IMG/VR virus record: IMGVR_UViG_3300021959_006010
Coordinates: 1 to 64,000 of that record
Direction: 5' to 3' (one strand)
Length of the DNA: 64,000 nt
Shown piece after piece: positions 20,992-31,444 of the stretch. The translations under genes and the position numbers were made by a program. Positions within the stretch are counted from its first letter, which is position 1. The number at the start of each line of letters is the position of its first letter. The notes beneath the pieces were generated by a model. The model was given only the letters and a program-made list of their open reading frames with translations. It made no database searches and had not been told where the DNA came from.

Positions 20992-22192
20992 TTGGGTTGG
21001 GCCAGAAGGAATATGGCCAAACGGACAAAATTTAGATTTCTACAGCAATCCTCGTTCTTACGAAAAGTCGTACTATTCTATTAGTAATATACATCCTTAC
21101 AATTTAGAAAGTTATAGACATCTTTTTACGTATTCTAAATTAGAATCTGTAATAGGTAATGTCTTTACTCGTAAACACATATCCGAATGCAAAGGAAAAT
21201 TTATATACGAGATAACACCTCTACTGAAACCTTATCAGTGGGCAGACAGAGCATTTGATAATGTTAGTAAATTAGCAATTACTAAACAGCAACAAGGAAT
21301 GTGTTTGTTTGTTATAAACGATATGAATGAAGGATACTCTAATGTAGAATATAATTTTTTTGATGCATTGCATAGACAAATAGAAAGGTATAATTTATTA
21401 CCTGAAAATGTTTTATATATTACAATGAACGCAGTTCTTGAACAGTTTTACAAAGAATGGTGTTTGTCTAATAATATTAACAAGCAAATAAGAATACATT
21501 CTGTTTTTATATTCGAAAACAAGTACAATACAGGAAGTATTACTAATTGTAGTAAGCATTACATTTGTCTAAACAGACAACCTAATCCTTATAGACAGTG
21601 TTTAGTATACGAACTTTGGTGTCGAGGCTTGTTAAAATATGGATATGTTAGTATGCCTGATCCTAGCATACCACTAGATGTTAGTTTTAATAAAGAAAAT
21701 CTAAAGTTATTTAATTTGGACGATTCAAGGTGGGACGAATTTATTTCAACGTTGCCGTACGAAGTTGACGGAAGAGATTTTACATCACAAAGTTGCGATT
21801 TAAATAGTATAAGTGATTTTTATAAAGATAGTGTTTATGCTATTATTTCTGAAAATACATATGGAGAACAAGACTGCATCAAATTTTCAGAAAAAACGTT
21901 TAATGCTTTTGACAATTATTGCATACCTCTTTATTTTTATAATGCAGGAATAGCTAAGGAGTTAAATAAAATTGGATACGTTGCTGACGACAGCATCGAT
22001 AGTGTTTCAAACTTACAAGAAAAATTTTATGCGTTTGTCAACAGGGTTGAAGATATTTGCAAAATTCCAATAGTTCAATTGAATAAGAATACTAGTAGTA
22101 CTAGAAGTAAAAATTTTAAAAATTTACAATTGAGAAGCAAAGACCGTAAAGATAGATATTTGGAGATGTTTAACGGATGGGAAGAATATTAG
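20972..22192 (+). CDS. Putative glycosyltransferase (GT10/GT-B-like, SEKT family)
   Basis: CLNRQP.PYR and IISEN...FSEKTF, reminiscent of the GT10 EN...TEK motif. Paralogues at 35866 and 43335. Confidence 0.5.
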   Translation: MLVLAHDWVGPEGIWPNGQNLDFYSNPRSYEKSYYSISNIHPYNLESYRHLFTYSKLESVIGNVFTRKHISECKGKFIYEITPLLKPYQWADRAFDNVSKLAITKQQQGMCLFVINDMNEGYSNVEYNFFDALHRQIERYNLLPENVLYITMNAVLEQFYKEWCLSNNINKQIRIHSVFIFENKYNTGSITNCSKHYICLNRQPNPYRQCLVYELWCRGLLKYGYVSMPDPSIPLDVSFNKENLKLFNLDDSRWDEFISTLPYEVDGRDFTSQSCDLNSISDFYKDSVYAIISENTYGEQDCIKFSEKTFNAFDNYCIPLYFYNAGIAKELNKIGYVADDSIDSVSNLQEKFYAFVNRVEDICKIPIVQLNKNTSSTRSKNFKNLQLRSKDRKDRYLEMFNGWEEY

Positions 22193-23067
22193 TAACAGGA
22201 AGTAGTGGTTTTTTAGGAAACGCTCTCTGCAAAAGATTGTCTAATCTCGGTTATTTAGATGTTGACGGATTAGACATGGTTCCTGGCCAGTATACTAATA
22301 TTAGAGATTCGGTAGAAAACTTAAACGAAACGTATGATGTGATTTTCCATTTTGCTGCATTTGTAGGAGGCAGAGAAGGCATCGAAAACGATTATCTTAG
22401 AGTTGCAGAAAACATAGAGTTAGATCGAAATCTTTTTGGATTTGTTCAGCGTAACAACATAAAAAAGTTTATATATCCTAGTAGTAGTGCAGTCTATCCT
22501 ATAATTAATCAAGGAACAGATAATATTCCGCTATCTGAAGATATAATTGATTTTGCAACTAATAAAATAGGAGTTAGCGATCATTTGTACGGCTGGACAA
22601 AACTAACAGCAGAAAGAATGCTATGGGAAATAAACAAACACTGTGATACTAAAATATCTGTTGTTCGTCCGTTTAGTGGATACGGGCCTACACAAAGTAC
22701 AGACTATCCTGTTCCTAATCTTATTAACATTATCAAAAACAATCCTGATAATATAGAAGTTTGGGGTACAGGAGAACAAACAAGAGATTTTGTATATATT
22801 GATGATGTAGTTAAAACTTTAACATGGTGTATGGCCGATAATCAAAAATATAAAACATTAAATATAGGTACTGGTATACAAACTAGTTTTATAGATTTAA
22901 TCAATACTGCACATACAATTATACACGGCCGAAAGCCAAAAAATATTAAAAAATTAGTACATAAGCCAGTTGGTGTAATGCACCGTTACTGTGATCCAAC
23001 TCTACAACAAAAACTTAGAGTTTATCCTACTACTAGTTTAGAAGAAGGTATTAAAAAGTTTCTATGA
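22177..23067 (+). CDS. NAD-dependent NDP-sugar epimerase/dehydratase (extended SDR)
   Basis: ILVTGSSGFLG, HFAA, SSSAVY, YGWTK (YxxxK) and WGTGEQTRDFVYIDD. Confidence 0.9.
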   Translation: MGRILVTGSSGFLGNALCKRLSNLGYLDVDGLDMVPGQYTNIRDSVENLNETYDVIFHFAAFVGGREGIENDYLRVAENIELDRNLFGFVQRNNIKKFIYPSSSAVYPIINQGTDNIPLSEDIIDFATNKIGVSDHLYGWTKLTAERMLWEINKHCDTKISVVRPFSGYGPTQSTDYPVPNLINIIKNNPDNIEVWGTGEQTRDFVYIDDVVKTLTWCMADNQKYKTLNIGTGIQTSFIDLINTAHTIIHGRKPKNIKKLVHKPVGVMHRYCDPTLQQKLRVYPTTSLEEGIKKFL

Positions 23068-24851
23068 AAAGCATTATATTTTTTCAAGTAAACTTTCCGA
23101 TTGGGTTTGGACATTTTCAAACTCATTGGCTTCCTTATGCAGTAGCACGATTGTGGAGTTACGCTAAAACACATCCTGAAATTGAAAAAAACTATATTGC
23201 AAAAGATTTTATTTTTGAAAGACTGCCGATTGAAAGCTTTGTTGACAATTTAGAAAATGTTGACGTTGCGGCTTTTAGCTCTTATATATGGAACGAAAAT
23301 TATAACTTAGCAGTTGCAAAGAAGATTAAGGAAAAGTTTCCAAAATGTAAAATTGTATTCGGCGGTCCGCAAGTTCCAGACAACAGTAAAAATTACATAA
23401 TAGAACATCCCTTTATAGATCATTTATTCCACGGAGAGTCTGAGTACAATTTTGCAGACTTCTTATTAGGAAATAATACCGATAAAGATATCAGAGGAAA
23501 TCGCATAGAAGATTTAGATACTATTGTTAGTCCGTTTTTAGATGGTGTAATGGATAGCATCGTCGAAAAGCATCCAAATAAAAACTTTAGTGTGACACTT
23601 GAAACAAATAGGGGTTGTCCTTATGCGTGTACGTTTTGTGATTGGGGTAGTTTAACTTACAGCAAAGTTAAAAAGTTTGATACTGAAATTGTAAAAAAAG
23701 AAATAGAGTGGATTAGCAAAAACGGTATTAAGTTTGTTGATGTTGCTGATGCAAATTTTGGAATATTTAAAGAGAGAGATTTTGAAATTTTACGCCATAT
23801 GATTCGATACAAGAAAAAATATAAGTATCCCGAAACTTATAGTTTTAATTGGCAGAAAAATAGTACAGAAAAAACACTAGAAATGGTAAAGTATCTTACA
23901 AATAATAATAGTGCAAGAGGTATGACATTAAGTGTTCAAAGTATGTCTGAAAATGTATTAGAAAACATCAAACGTAAAAATATGGAAGTTAGTAACTACG
24001 AAAAAATATTACAAGAATGTAATGTTAAAAATATACAGACCTATACAGAATTGATTTTAGGACTTCCTGGAGAAACATACGAATCTTGGGTAAGCGGAAT
24101 AGATAAACTTTTAACAACAGGCCAACATAATAATATAGAAGTGTGGTTATGTCAAATGCTAGTAAACGCTGAATTAAGCAGCACTGAAAGCAAAAAGGAA
24201 CACGGCATTGAAACAGCAAATATTAAAAATTATATAAGTGGTGATACTGAAGACTTAGAAGGCATTGAAATAATAAAAAGCACTAATACGCTAACTTATA
24301 AAGAATTATTAGATTGTTATATGTATAGTTGGATGATTACTAACTATCATAGTTTTGGCTGGACGCAAATAATTAGTAGATGGTTGCACAATACACAAGG
24401 AATATCTTACAGAGAGTTTTATGATAAACTATTTGAAGCAGTAAAAGATACAAGTTTTTATTACGAAGTTAAAATTAATATACACAAGGCTTTTGAATCA
24501 GGTCTTATACAAGAAAAAGGCATGCACTATTACATTGCCGAATTTCAAAAAAAATTACACCAAAGCAGAAACAAAACATTACGTTTTGTAAAAGAGTTTG
24601 CTTTAAAAAATTATAGTGTACCTGAAGATGTTTTTACATTTACAGAATACTTTGTTACCGACTATGGAAATCAAAAAGACAGAACAAAAACTTTTAATAC
24701 TCCAGTATGGAGCATAATTAACAATATTGATCATACATATAAGTACAGATTTAAAATTACACAGCGAGTAAACACAGAAAATGAGTATTACGATAGTTTC
24801 TATTTTAGAAGAAGAAAAGGATGGGGCAAATGCATAGTAACATCCTTGTAG
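23064..24851 (+). CDS. B12-binding domain radical SAM protein
   Basis: N-terminal cobalamin-binding-type region (LPYAV, AFSSYIWN, VFGGP), then ETNRGCPYACTFCDWG, DANFG and ELILGLPGET. Confidence 0.9.
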   Translation: MKSIIFFQVNFPIGFGHFQTHWLPYAVARLWSYAKTHPEIEKNYIAKDFIFERLPIESFVDNLENVDVAAFSSYIWNENYNLAVAKKIKEKFPKCKIVFGGPQVPDNSKNYIIEHPFIDHLFHGESEYNFADFLLGNNTDKDIRGNRIEDLDTIVSPFLDGVMDSIVEKHPNKNFSVTLETNRGCPYACTFCDWGSLTYSKVKKFDTEIVKKEIEWISKNGIKFVDVADANFGIFKERDFEILRHMIRYKKKYKYPETYSFNWQKNSTEKTLEMVKYLTNNNSARGMTLSVQSMSENVLENIKRKNMEVSNYEKILQECNVKNIQTYTELILGLPGETYESWVSGIDKLLTTGQHNNIEVWLCQMLVNAELSSTESKKEHGIETANIKNYISGDTEDLEGIEIIKSTNTLTYKELLDCYMYSWMITNYHSFGWTQIISRWLHNTQGISYREFYDKLFEAVKDTSFYYEVKINIHKAFESGLIQEKGMHYYIAEFQKKLHQSRNKTLRFVKEFALKNYSVPEDVFTFTEYFVTDYGNQKDRTKTFNTPVWSIINNIDHTYKYRFKITQRVNTENEYYDSFYFRRRKGWGKCIVTSL

Positions 24852-25450
24852 TTGCACAGCCTCGCAGCGGCGGCACATTAGCGTGTGCAGTGTTAAGTAA
24901 AATACATAACATTCCTTATATAGGAGAATATTTTAATTCTCACAGATACGGTTATAATATACATAATCAATTGAGAGATTTTCCTAGTCCTGCTATAGTT
25001 AAAGCCAGCTTTTACGATTTAAAAGATAATTTTGATGAAGTAATGGAGTTGGGATTCAAAGAAATATATCACGTCAACAGAACAGATCCAGTAGGAATGG
25101 TATGTAGTAGTTTTATTTCCTCTATCACAGATGTTTTCCATGTTACAAAGAACGAAACTCATGAGCCAGTAAAAGATAAAATTATGGACAAGGATTTTGT
25201 TAAATGGTTTTTTTCAAAAGACAATCCCGGCGGATGGTTTTATAATAATTCTGCTAACATTCCTTTTATGGAAAAAGTAAATTATCATTCGTTATACTAT
25301 AACGACACAGTTGATGAAAACATTATGTTAGTACAAATAGCAAACGATTGTTATGGTATAAGTGTGGACATAAAAAAACTTTACAAAGATAAATCTCTAG
25401 CAATTAAAAACATAGACGAAGTTAAAGGCTGGGTTAGTGAATACATTTAA
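24821..25450 (+). CDS. Sulfotransferase-like protein
   Basis: VVAQPRSGGTL resembles the 5'-PSB loop. Also GEYF and R.DP....S (3'-PB-like). Confidence 0.55.
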   Translation: MGQMHSNILVVAQPRSGGTLACAVLSKIHNIPYIGEYFNSHRYGYNIHNQLRDFPSPAIVKASFYDLKDNFDEVMELGFKEIYHVNRTDPVGMVCSSFISSITDVFHVTKNETHEPVKDKIMDKDFVKWFFSKDNPGGWFYNNSANIPFMEKVNYHSLYYNDTVDENIMLVQIANDCYGISVDIKKLYKDKSLAIKNIDEVKGWVSEYI

Positions 25451-26180
25451 TAAAAATACTTTAGTTGTTTTTGGCGATAGTAATGTTTGGGGAGCAGAAT
25501 TAAAAGATGTGCCTCATAGACAACCAGACTTCAAAAGTGTTGTTTACGATCCAAAAGATATTGATAACTGGCCCTATCATATTAGACATAGTTTTTCAGG
25601 AGTCATTGCTGAAAAGAATAATATGCGTATATTAAACTTATCAATACCTGGATGCAGCAATGATACAATTTTTAGAAGGATAAACAAATTTTTACAAGGA
25701 AATTATCCTGTTGATCTTGATGACTGCTTTGTAATGGTTTTTTGGACAGGCATACTTCGTAGAGAATTTTTTAGATCAGACATAAACAAATATCTAAACT
25801 ATTCTCCTTTATGGGAAGAAAAACTACAACTGTTTCCTAAATTCCATAAAATTTATTCTAAACTTTTTATGCACGAAGGATATGATTTAGTTAAATCATT
25901 TAACTATCTAAATTCAGTTAATGCATTACTAACATACAACAATGTTGAATTTTGTCAAGGGTTTAGTTTAATGGAAACAGAATTAATTGAAACAGCTAAA
26001 AATGCAAACCTTCCTAAGTTTTTATCGTTCGATCCAAATGATGCAATTACTGCTATGGTTATTATTGCAGGCAACGGGTTTGAAAACAATGACTATATAT
26101 TAGAAGGCCATCATCCGTCCGAAAAAGGGCACCAACTAATTGCAAATAGATTTACTGAACTTCTTGACAAACTAGTATAA
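25437..26180 (+). CDS. SGNH/GDSL-like hydrolase or acyltransferase
   Basis: VFGDS, NLSIPGCSN and a C-terminal HHPSEKGH. Confidence 0.7.
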   Translation: MNTFNKNTLVVFGDSNVWGAELKDVPHRQPDFKSVVYDPKDIDNWPYHIRHSFSGVIAEKNNMRILNLSIPGCSNDTIFRRINKFLQGNYPVDLDDCFVMVFWTGILRREFFRSDINKYLNYSPLWEEKLQLFPKFHKIYSKLFMHEGYDLVKSFNYLNSVNALLTYNNVEFCQGFSLMETELIETAKNANLPKFLSFDPNDAITAMVIIAGNGFENNDYILEGHHPSEKGHQLIANRFTELLDKLV

Positions 26181-26192
26181 AAGTTGTATAAT
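26164..26192 (+). promoter_or_regulatory. Consensus sigma70 promoter
   Basis: TTGACA (26164-26169), 17 nt, TATAAT (26187-26192), upstream of 26209. Confidence 0.8.
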
Positions 26193-26208
26193 TAAGAAAA
26201 GGTATACC

Positions 26209-27261
26209 ATGAAGAGACATTTAATTTTAACTATATCAGACCCGCAAGACAAAGCTGATACACTTGACTTGAGAATTGACGTAAACGATACTGATATTTC
26301 CGAGCATTGGTTTAGTCACGTATGTAAATGCTTAGATACTAAGTTACATTTAGAGAAAAACTTTTGTTGGGTAGGCTGGCCCGATCCAGGACGTAACGTA
26401 GATTACTTAAAGAACGAACTACAAGAATGTGTTAACCAAATTAACACATTTGCTAAAACTAGTAACGAGTGGAACGGATATCGAATAGAAGAAGATTGGG
26501 ACGATATAGGTAGCCACGATGCTTTAAATAAATTACACCATCACTTCGAAATACTAATGGGTCAAGTGTGGGACGTAAGTCATTACATGATTACAGCAGA
26601 TGACAATACAAAGTATCAAATACGACAGTTGAATAATCTGGTACACGAATTACAAAGCAGACAAGTTGCTGTCGGATGTCCAATAGAATACTGTCAACCA
26701 CATACTATTGCAAGTTATCTTAATGTAGAACGAGAATTGTTTGAAGATCATTACTTTGATTACTTTAGCCATACACGAGAGTTTGGAGAAGTTTACTTGC
26801 ACTACTCACAAACAGGTAAAACTCCTGTAGAAGCGTATTCAGACAATGATGATGACGTGTTTGATAACAATATTAATGCACTAAGATACGTGTCCGGCGA
26901 ATATAACATTTGGTGGGGAGACCCTATGTCTGAAAAAGATGTTTTGTATTTTAAAGATCAAGTAAGAGGTTATTTAAACGAACGTAATCTTATTGTAGAG
27001 GAAGGTCCGGAATTTAATTATTATGTTGACAGTCAAGGAAACAAACAAGGAATAGGATATGTTCCGGTAGCAAAAGTTGTTAATCCGTACGATACTAGCC
27101 ACGAACTCAAGGCAGCTGTGCTTGATAAATTAAATATACATGCACTTGCTGCTTATATCGACGATACCGAAGTTGCTAAACACGTTTGGGATTACTCTTG
27201 GGCTGATAGTGACTATAAAGAAAAAGAAATAGACACACTAAGAGAGTTTTTCCCGAGATAA
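26209..27261 (+). CDS. Hypothetical protein, His-motif family member 1
   Basis: LNKLHHHFE...LNNLVHELQS...YSQTGKT. Paralogous to 30587 and 32671. Confidence 0.75.
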   Translation: MKRHLILTISDPQDKADTLDLRIDVNDTDISEHWFSHVCKCLDTKLHLEKNFCWVGWPDPGRNVDYLKNELQECVNQINTFAKTSNEWNGYRIEEDWDDIGSHDALNKLHHHFEILMGQVWDVSHYMITADDNTKYQIRQLNNLVHELQSRQVAVGCPIEYCQPHTIASYLNVERELFEDHYFDYFSHTREFGEVYLHYSQTGKTPVEAYSDNDDDVFDNNINALRYVSGEYNIWWGDPMSEKDVLYFKDQVRGYLNERNLIVEEGPEFNYYVDSQGNKQGIGYVPVAKVVNPYDTSHELKAAVLDKLNIHALAAYIDDTEVAKHVWDYSWADSDYKEKEIDTLREFFPR

Positions 27262-27262
27262 T

Positions 27263-28669
27263 ATGGCTGACTATAATAATGACTATCATAAATTAGTAAA
27301 CAAAGTAAAAGTTGACTTAGATAAAGTTGGCAAAGGATTTTGCTTGGCAAAATGGTACCATGTAAGTATGCATTTGCACACAGGGCAAAACCACAGTTGT
27401 TATCATCCACATGTACACAAGATTCCTTTAGAAGAAATTAAAGATGATGTAAATGCATTACACAACACAAAGTGGAAAAAGCAACAACGTAAAACTATGT
27501 TAGAAGGAGGACGTCCTCCAGAATGTAGCTATTGCTGGGACATTGAAGACCTTCCAGGCGATAACATATCAGATAGACATTTAAGATCAAGTGAGCATTG
27601 GGCATTGCCTAAGATGCAACAAGCTATAGACACTCCTTGGGACGCTAATGTGTATCCAACTTATTTAGAAGTAAATTTTGGTCATGAGTGTCAATTAAAA
27701 TGCAGCTATTGTGCGCCAATGGCAAGTTCTAGTTGGTTTAATGAAACTAAAAAACATGGTGATTGGCCCTTAGAAGGTAATGCAAACCGCGGGCAATATA
27801 ATATTAGAGGATTGTTGGAGCCTGGTGCGTTATACAAAAAAGAATCTGAAAACCCATATATAGAAGCATTTTGGAAATGGTTTCCAAATGCTTATCCTAA
27901 TCTAGAAACACTTAGATTTACAGGCGGAGAGCCTTTATTAAGTTCAAACGTATTTAAAGTTATTGACTATATTAGAGAAAATCCTAGAGATGACTTAGAG
28001 TTTGCTATTAATAGCAATATGTGTATTCCAAAACGTAACTTAGACAAGTTTTGCAAGCAAGTTGATGACCTATTGCGTTCTAATAAAATACGTCAAGCAA
28101 ATATTTTTACAAGTGTAGACACATGGGGCACACAAGCTGAATGGATTCGTAATGGACTAGACATTGAAAAGTACGAAGATAACTTACATTATTTTATGAA
28201 TAATGTTTACAATTCTAGTTTTAGTTTTATGATTACGTTTTGTTTGCTTAGTATTCCGAACTTTAATTTATTACTAGATAAAATATTGGAATTCCGTCAA
28301 AAGTACAACGATCCGGATAGTATGTTTCAGCGTATTAATTTTGATACTCCGTATATGCTAGAACCTCCGCATTTAACAGCACGTATTGCTGACGACGAAA
28401 CTGTTGCTAAACTACGTAGTCATTTAGACTATATGGAAACATTAGTTGATAATAAAGATATTAACAAATTTAATACTACTGAATATATGAAATTTAAACG
28501 TGTTGTCGAATGGGTCGAAAACAATAGGTATCAAGGCGACGAACTAAAAACTAATAGAAGAGATTTTGCAAAATTTATAGACGAACACGATCGTCGACGC
28601 AAGACTGACTGGCATTCTGCATTTCCTGAAATGGAAAACTTTTATTTAATGTGTAAGGGCGATCTATGA
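27263..28669 (+). CDS. Radical SAM protein with N-terminal twitch/SPASM-like domain
   Basis: CQLKCSYC and TGGEP. N-terminal FCLAKW...CYHP...CSYC. Close paralogue of 19402 (shared NPYIEAFWKWFP). Confidence 0.9.
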   Translation: MADYNNDYHKLVNKVKVDLDKVGKGFCLAKWYHVSMHLHTGQNHSCYHPHVHKIPLEEIKDDVNALHNTKWKKQQRKTMLEGGRPPECSYCWDIEDLPGDNISDRHLRSSEHWALPKMQQAIDTPWDANVYPTYLEVNFGHECQLKCSYCAPMASSSWFNETKKHGDWPLEGNANRGQYNIRGLLEPGALYKKESENPYIEAFWKWFPNAYPNLETLRFTGGEPLLSSNVFKVIDYIRENPRDDLEFAINSNMCIPKRNLDKFCKQVDDLLRSNKIRQANIFTSVDTWGTQAEWIRNGLDIEKYEDNLHYFMNNVYNSSFSFMITFCLLSIPNFNLLLDKILEFRQKYNDPDSMFQRINFDTPYMLEPPHLTARIADDETVAKLRSHLDYMETLVDNKDINKFNTTEYMKFKRVVEWVENNRYQGDELKTNRRDFAKFIDEHDRRRKTDWHSAFPEMENFYLMCKGDL

Positions 28670-29379
28670 GAGTAGGAATATTTGGTGATAGTTTTGCTAC
28701 TCACGGTAAACATGGAATCTCTGAAATAGGAGAAAGCTGGGTTTCGCTTTTAGAAAAAACACCTGGTCTCGATGTTACAGCCAACGGTCAAATGGCGGAT
28801 AATATTTACGGAACATATTCTAATATATTAGAGAATTATCATCATTTTGACACTATTATTTTTGTAATTACTTCTCCTGAGAGAGCAATTACGTCATTCC
28901 GTAAATTGGCTAGTTATCCTATGATGGAACATGTTCTTAAAACTGAAAAATTTACAAGAGAGCAAAAAGACATTATAAAATCTATCAAAGATTATCATTT
29001 TTATGCATTACAAGATAGCGCAGTTTATAATCAACTAATCGAATCTAATAAATTAATGATCGAAAAAGTTAGAAGAATTATAACTAATAGCAGACGTAAC
29101 TTAATACTAGTGCCAGCGTTCGAAGCAAGTAAAAAAGTATGTAAGGATCTAAAAGGTATCTCGCTTAGTTGCGTAACTGAATATGAAGATTTAAATACAG
29201 ACATTAAAAAAAGTAGCAAAAAAGGATACGATCTAAGACACTGCCACATGTCAGAAGAAAATAATAGAATTTTTTATGATTATATAATGAGTATTTTAAA
29301 AACTCCTGGAGTACAGACTACTAATTTAAATTTAGATATGTTTGTTATACCAGACAGCGTAGAGAAATATGCAACATGA
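28666..29379 (+). CDS. SGNH/GDSL-like protein
   Basis: IFGDSF near the N-terminus and CHMSEENN near the C-terminus. Confidence 0.6.
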   Translation: MRVGIFGDSFATHGKHGISEIGESWVSLLEKTPGLDVTANGQMADNIYGTYSNILENYHHFDTIIFVITSPERAITSFRKLASYPMMEHVLKTEKFTREQKDIIKSIKDYHFYALQDSAVYNQLIESNKLMIEKVRRIITNSRRNLILVPAFEASKKVCKDLKGISLSCVTEYEDLNTDIKKSSKKGYDLRHCHMSEENNRIFYDYIMSILKTPGVQTTNLNLDMFVIPDSVEKYAT

Positions 29380-30590
29380 TAAAAAACAATAAAACATTTT
29401 GTATATTGCCGTGGATACATACACACCTTAATACCGAAGGAGATGTATTTCCTTGTTGTATTAGTTGGAGTCCTGAAAGAAAATCTCGTGTTGGTTGGCT
29501 CAAAGACAATAGTTTAGAAGAACTGTTTAATAATGATTTTATGAAGCAGTTGAGATTAGACATGCTAGCCGGCGTCGAACGTCCAGATGTATGTTCTAAT
29601 TGTTACGATCGCGAGAACGGTGGCTTTAGAAGTGCTAGACAAGGATATAACTTAGATCACGAAAAAGATATGAGTATTGTTGATAGCACAGCCACTGATG
29701 GATATGTAGAACCGAAAATCAAAAGTTGGGATATACGGTTTAGTAATTTGTGTAATCTTAAATGTCGCACCTGTGGTCCGTTGTTTAGTACTACATGGGC
29801 TCAAGAAAAAACAGAAGAAGATTATGTAAAACTTAATGCAATCGAAAAAGGTACAGATCCATTAGAACAACAGTACGATCATGTTGAAAAGTTATACTTT
29901 GCAGGCGGCGAACCTTTAATTATGCCCGAGCATTACAAGACGCTCAAAGAGTTAATAAGTAGAGGTAGAGCAAAAGATATACAGATAATTTATAATAGTA
30001 ATCTAACAAAATTAGACTATAATAAAAATGATCTAGTAGGCTTATGGAAAGAATTTAAGAGTGTAGTAATTGGTGCAAGTATAGATGCTGTAGGTTCAAG
30101 AGCTGAATATATTAGAAATGGTGTTCCTTGGAAGACCATTGAATCTAATCTAAAAAGATTAATGGAATTTAAAAACGAATGTCCTACATTTGATTTTTAT
30201 TATAGTCCGACTGTAGGATTATTAAATATTGCACATATTACAGACATGCATAGATACATATACGAAAACAATTTAATTCCTAATATTAACTCTATTAATT
30301 TTAATTTGCTGTTATATCCATTACATTATGATATGAGAATATTACCTACTGAAATTAAAAACGATATTACAGAAAAATTTCAATTACACAAGAAGTGGTT
30401 AATTAGTATCGATGCACCAAAAGAAACAGTTGACAAGTTTAGTAATTTACGGCAATATTTAAATCAAACAGTTGAAAACTCTAATAGTTTATTAGAAGAA
30501 TTTATAACAGTTACAAAAAGACTTGATTCTTTAAGAGACGAGGACTTTAATATGTCCTTGCCAGAGTATAAAAGAATTGGAGTGCAATGA
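29376..30590 (+). CDS. Radical SAM protein with N-terminal twitch/SPASM-like domain
   Basis: FCILPW...GDVFPCC...CSNC, CNLKCRTC and AGGEP. Confidence 0.9.
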   Translation: MIKNNKTFCILPWIHTHLNTEGDVFPCCISWSPERKSRVGWLKDNSLEELFNNDFMKQLRLDMLAGVERPDVCSNCYDRENGGFRSARQGYNLDHEKDMSIVDSTATDGYVEPKIKSWDIRFSNLCNLKCRTCGPLFSTTWAQEKTEEDYVKLNAIEKGTDPLEQQYDHVEKLYFAGGEPLIMPEHYKTLKELISRGRAKDIQIIYNSNLTKLDYNKNDLVGLWKEFKSVVIGASIDAVGSRAEYIRNGVPWKTIESNLKRLMEFKNECPTFDFYYSPTVGLLNIAHITDMHRYIYENNLIPNINSINFNLLLYPLHYDMRILPTEIKNDITEKFQLHKKWLISIDAPKETVDKFSNLRQYLNQTVENSNSLLEEFITVTKRLDSLRDEDFNMSLPEYKRIGVQ

Positions 30591-31444
30591 AATTTATAAT
30601 TGAATATAAGACTTGGAAAAATGAAACTGACACATTAACTTATAAATTAAGAGATAATGAGTTAGTTGATGCTTGGTTACATTGTTTACAAAGTCAACCT
30701 CCACGTATGAATTATGGATTTTATAATTTAGAAACTATTGATTTTAAAAGAACTGCAATTGAAATAGCAAATGCATATTATAGATTGTATCCAAAGTTTT
30801 TAGAAAAAGATAGAGAAATAAATGCTGAACTTTTAGTCGACAAAAACGATAATATAAATCAAGATATTTTGAATAAACTGCACATGGTTTATCATTATTA
30901 CCAAGACAGGATTGAAGAGTATAATTTAACTGACAAGGACTCGTTAAATAGATTACAAGTTCTTAATGGAGGAATACATAGACTTGAATCATATTCAAAC
31001 GGAAGTCCTTCTTATCAAATTATGATAAATCCAACAAGATTTTCTCACGGAATGGAAATACCTGCATCATGGTATAAGAAGTATTTTAATGAGGAAGCTG
31101 AAAACGGTGATTTGCTTTTAGGTTATGCTACTATTGGTAAAGATTTACTAGAAATATATAATACTCGTGATGTTGAAAATTTACATTTAATAACTCCTCA
31201 GAAATACATCTATTCAGAGTTTAGACAAATGTTTGATGTCTTTGAAAAAAAGAGCAAACTAACAACGCATATTTTGCGCAAATGGTGTTACGATCACGGT
31301 AAAAAGAATTTGTCTGAAGCTGAATTGTATACGTTTAGGCCTAAACTAGGAAAAATAGAAACTGATCTAAATTTTTACGAGCTAAAAGAAAAGTGTAGAA
31401 ATTTTAAAGAACCGATTGGATGGAAAACAAAACATGAAAGATAA
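30587..31444 (+). CDS. Hypothetical protein, His-motif family member 2
   Basis: LNKLHMVYH...LNGGIHRLES...YATIGKD. Confidence 0.7.
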   Translation: MKFIIEYKTWKNETDTLTYKLRDNELVDAWLHCLQSQPPRMNYGFYNLETIDFKRTAIEIANAYYRLYPKFLEKDREINAELLVDKNDNINQDILNKLHMVYHYYQDRIEEYNLTDKDSLNRLQVLNGGIHRLESYSNGSPSYQIMINPTRFSHGMEIPASWYKKYFNEEAENGDLLLGYATIGKDLLEIYNTRDVENLHLITPQKYIYSEFRQMFDVFEKKSKLTTHILRKWCYDHGKKNLSEAELYTFRPKLGKIETDLNFYELKEKCRNFKEPIGWKTKHER

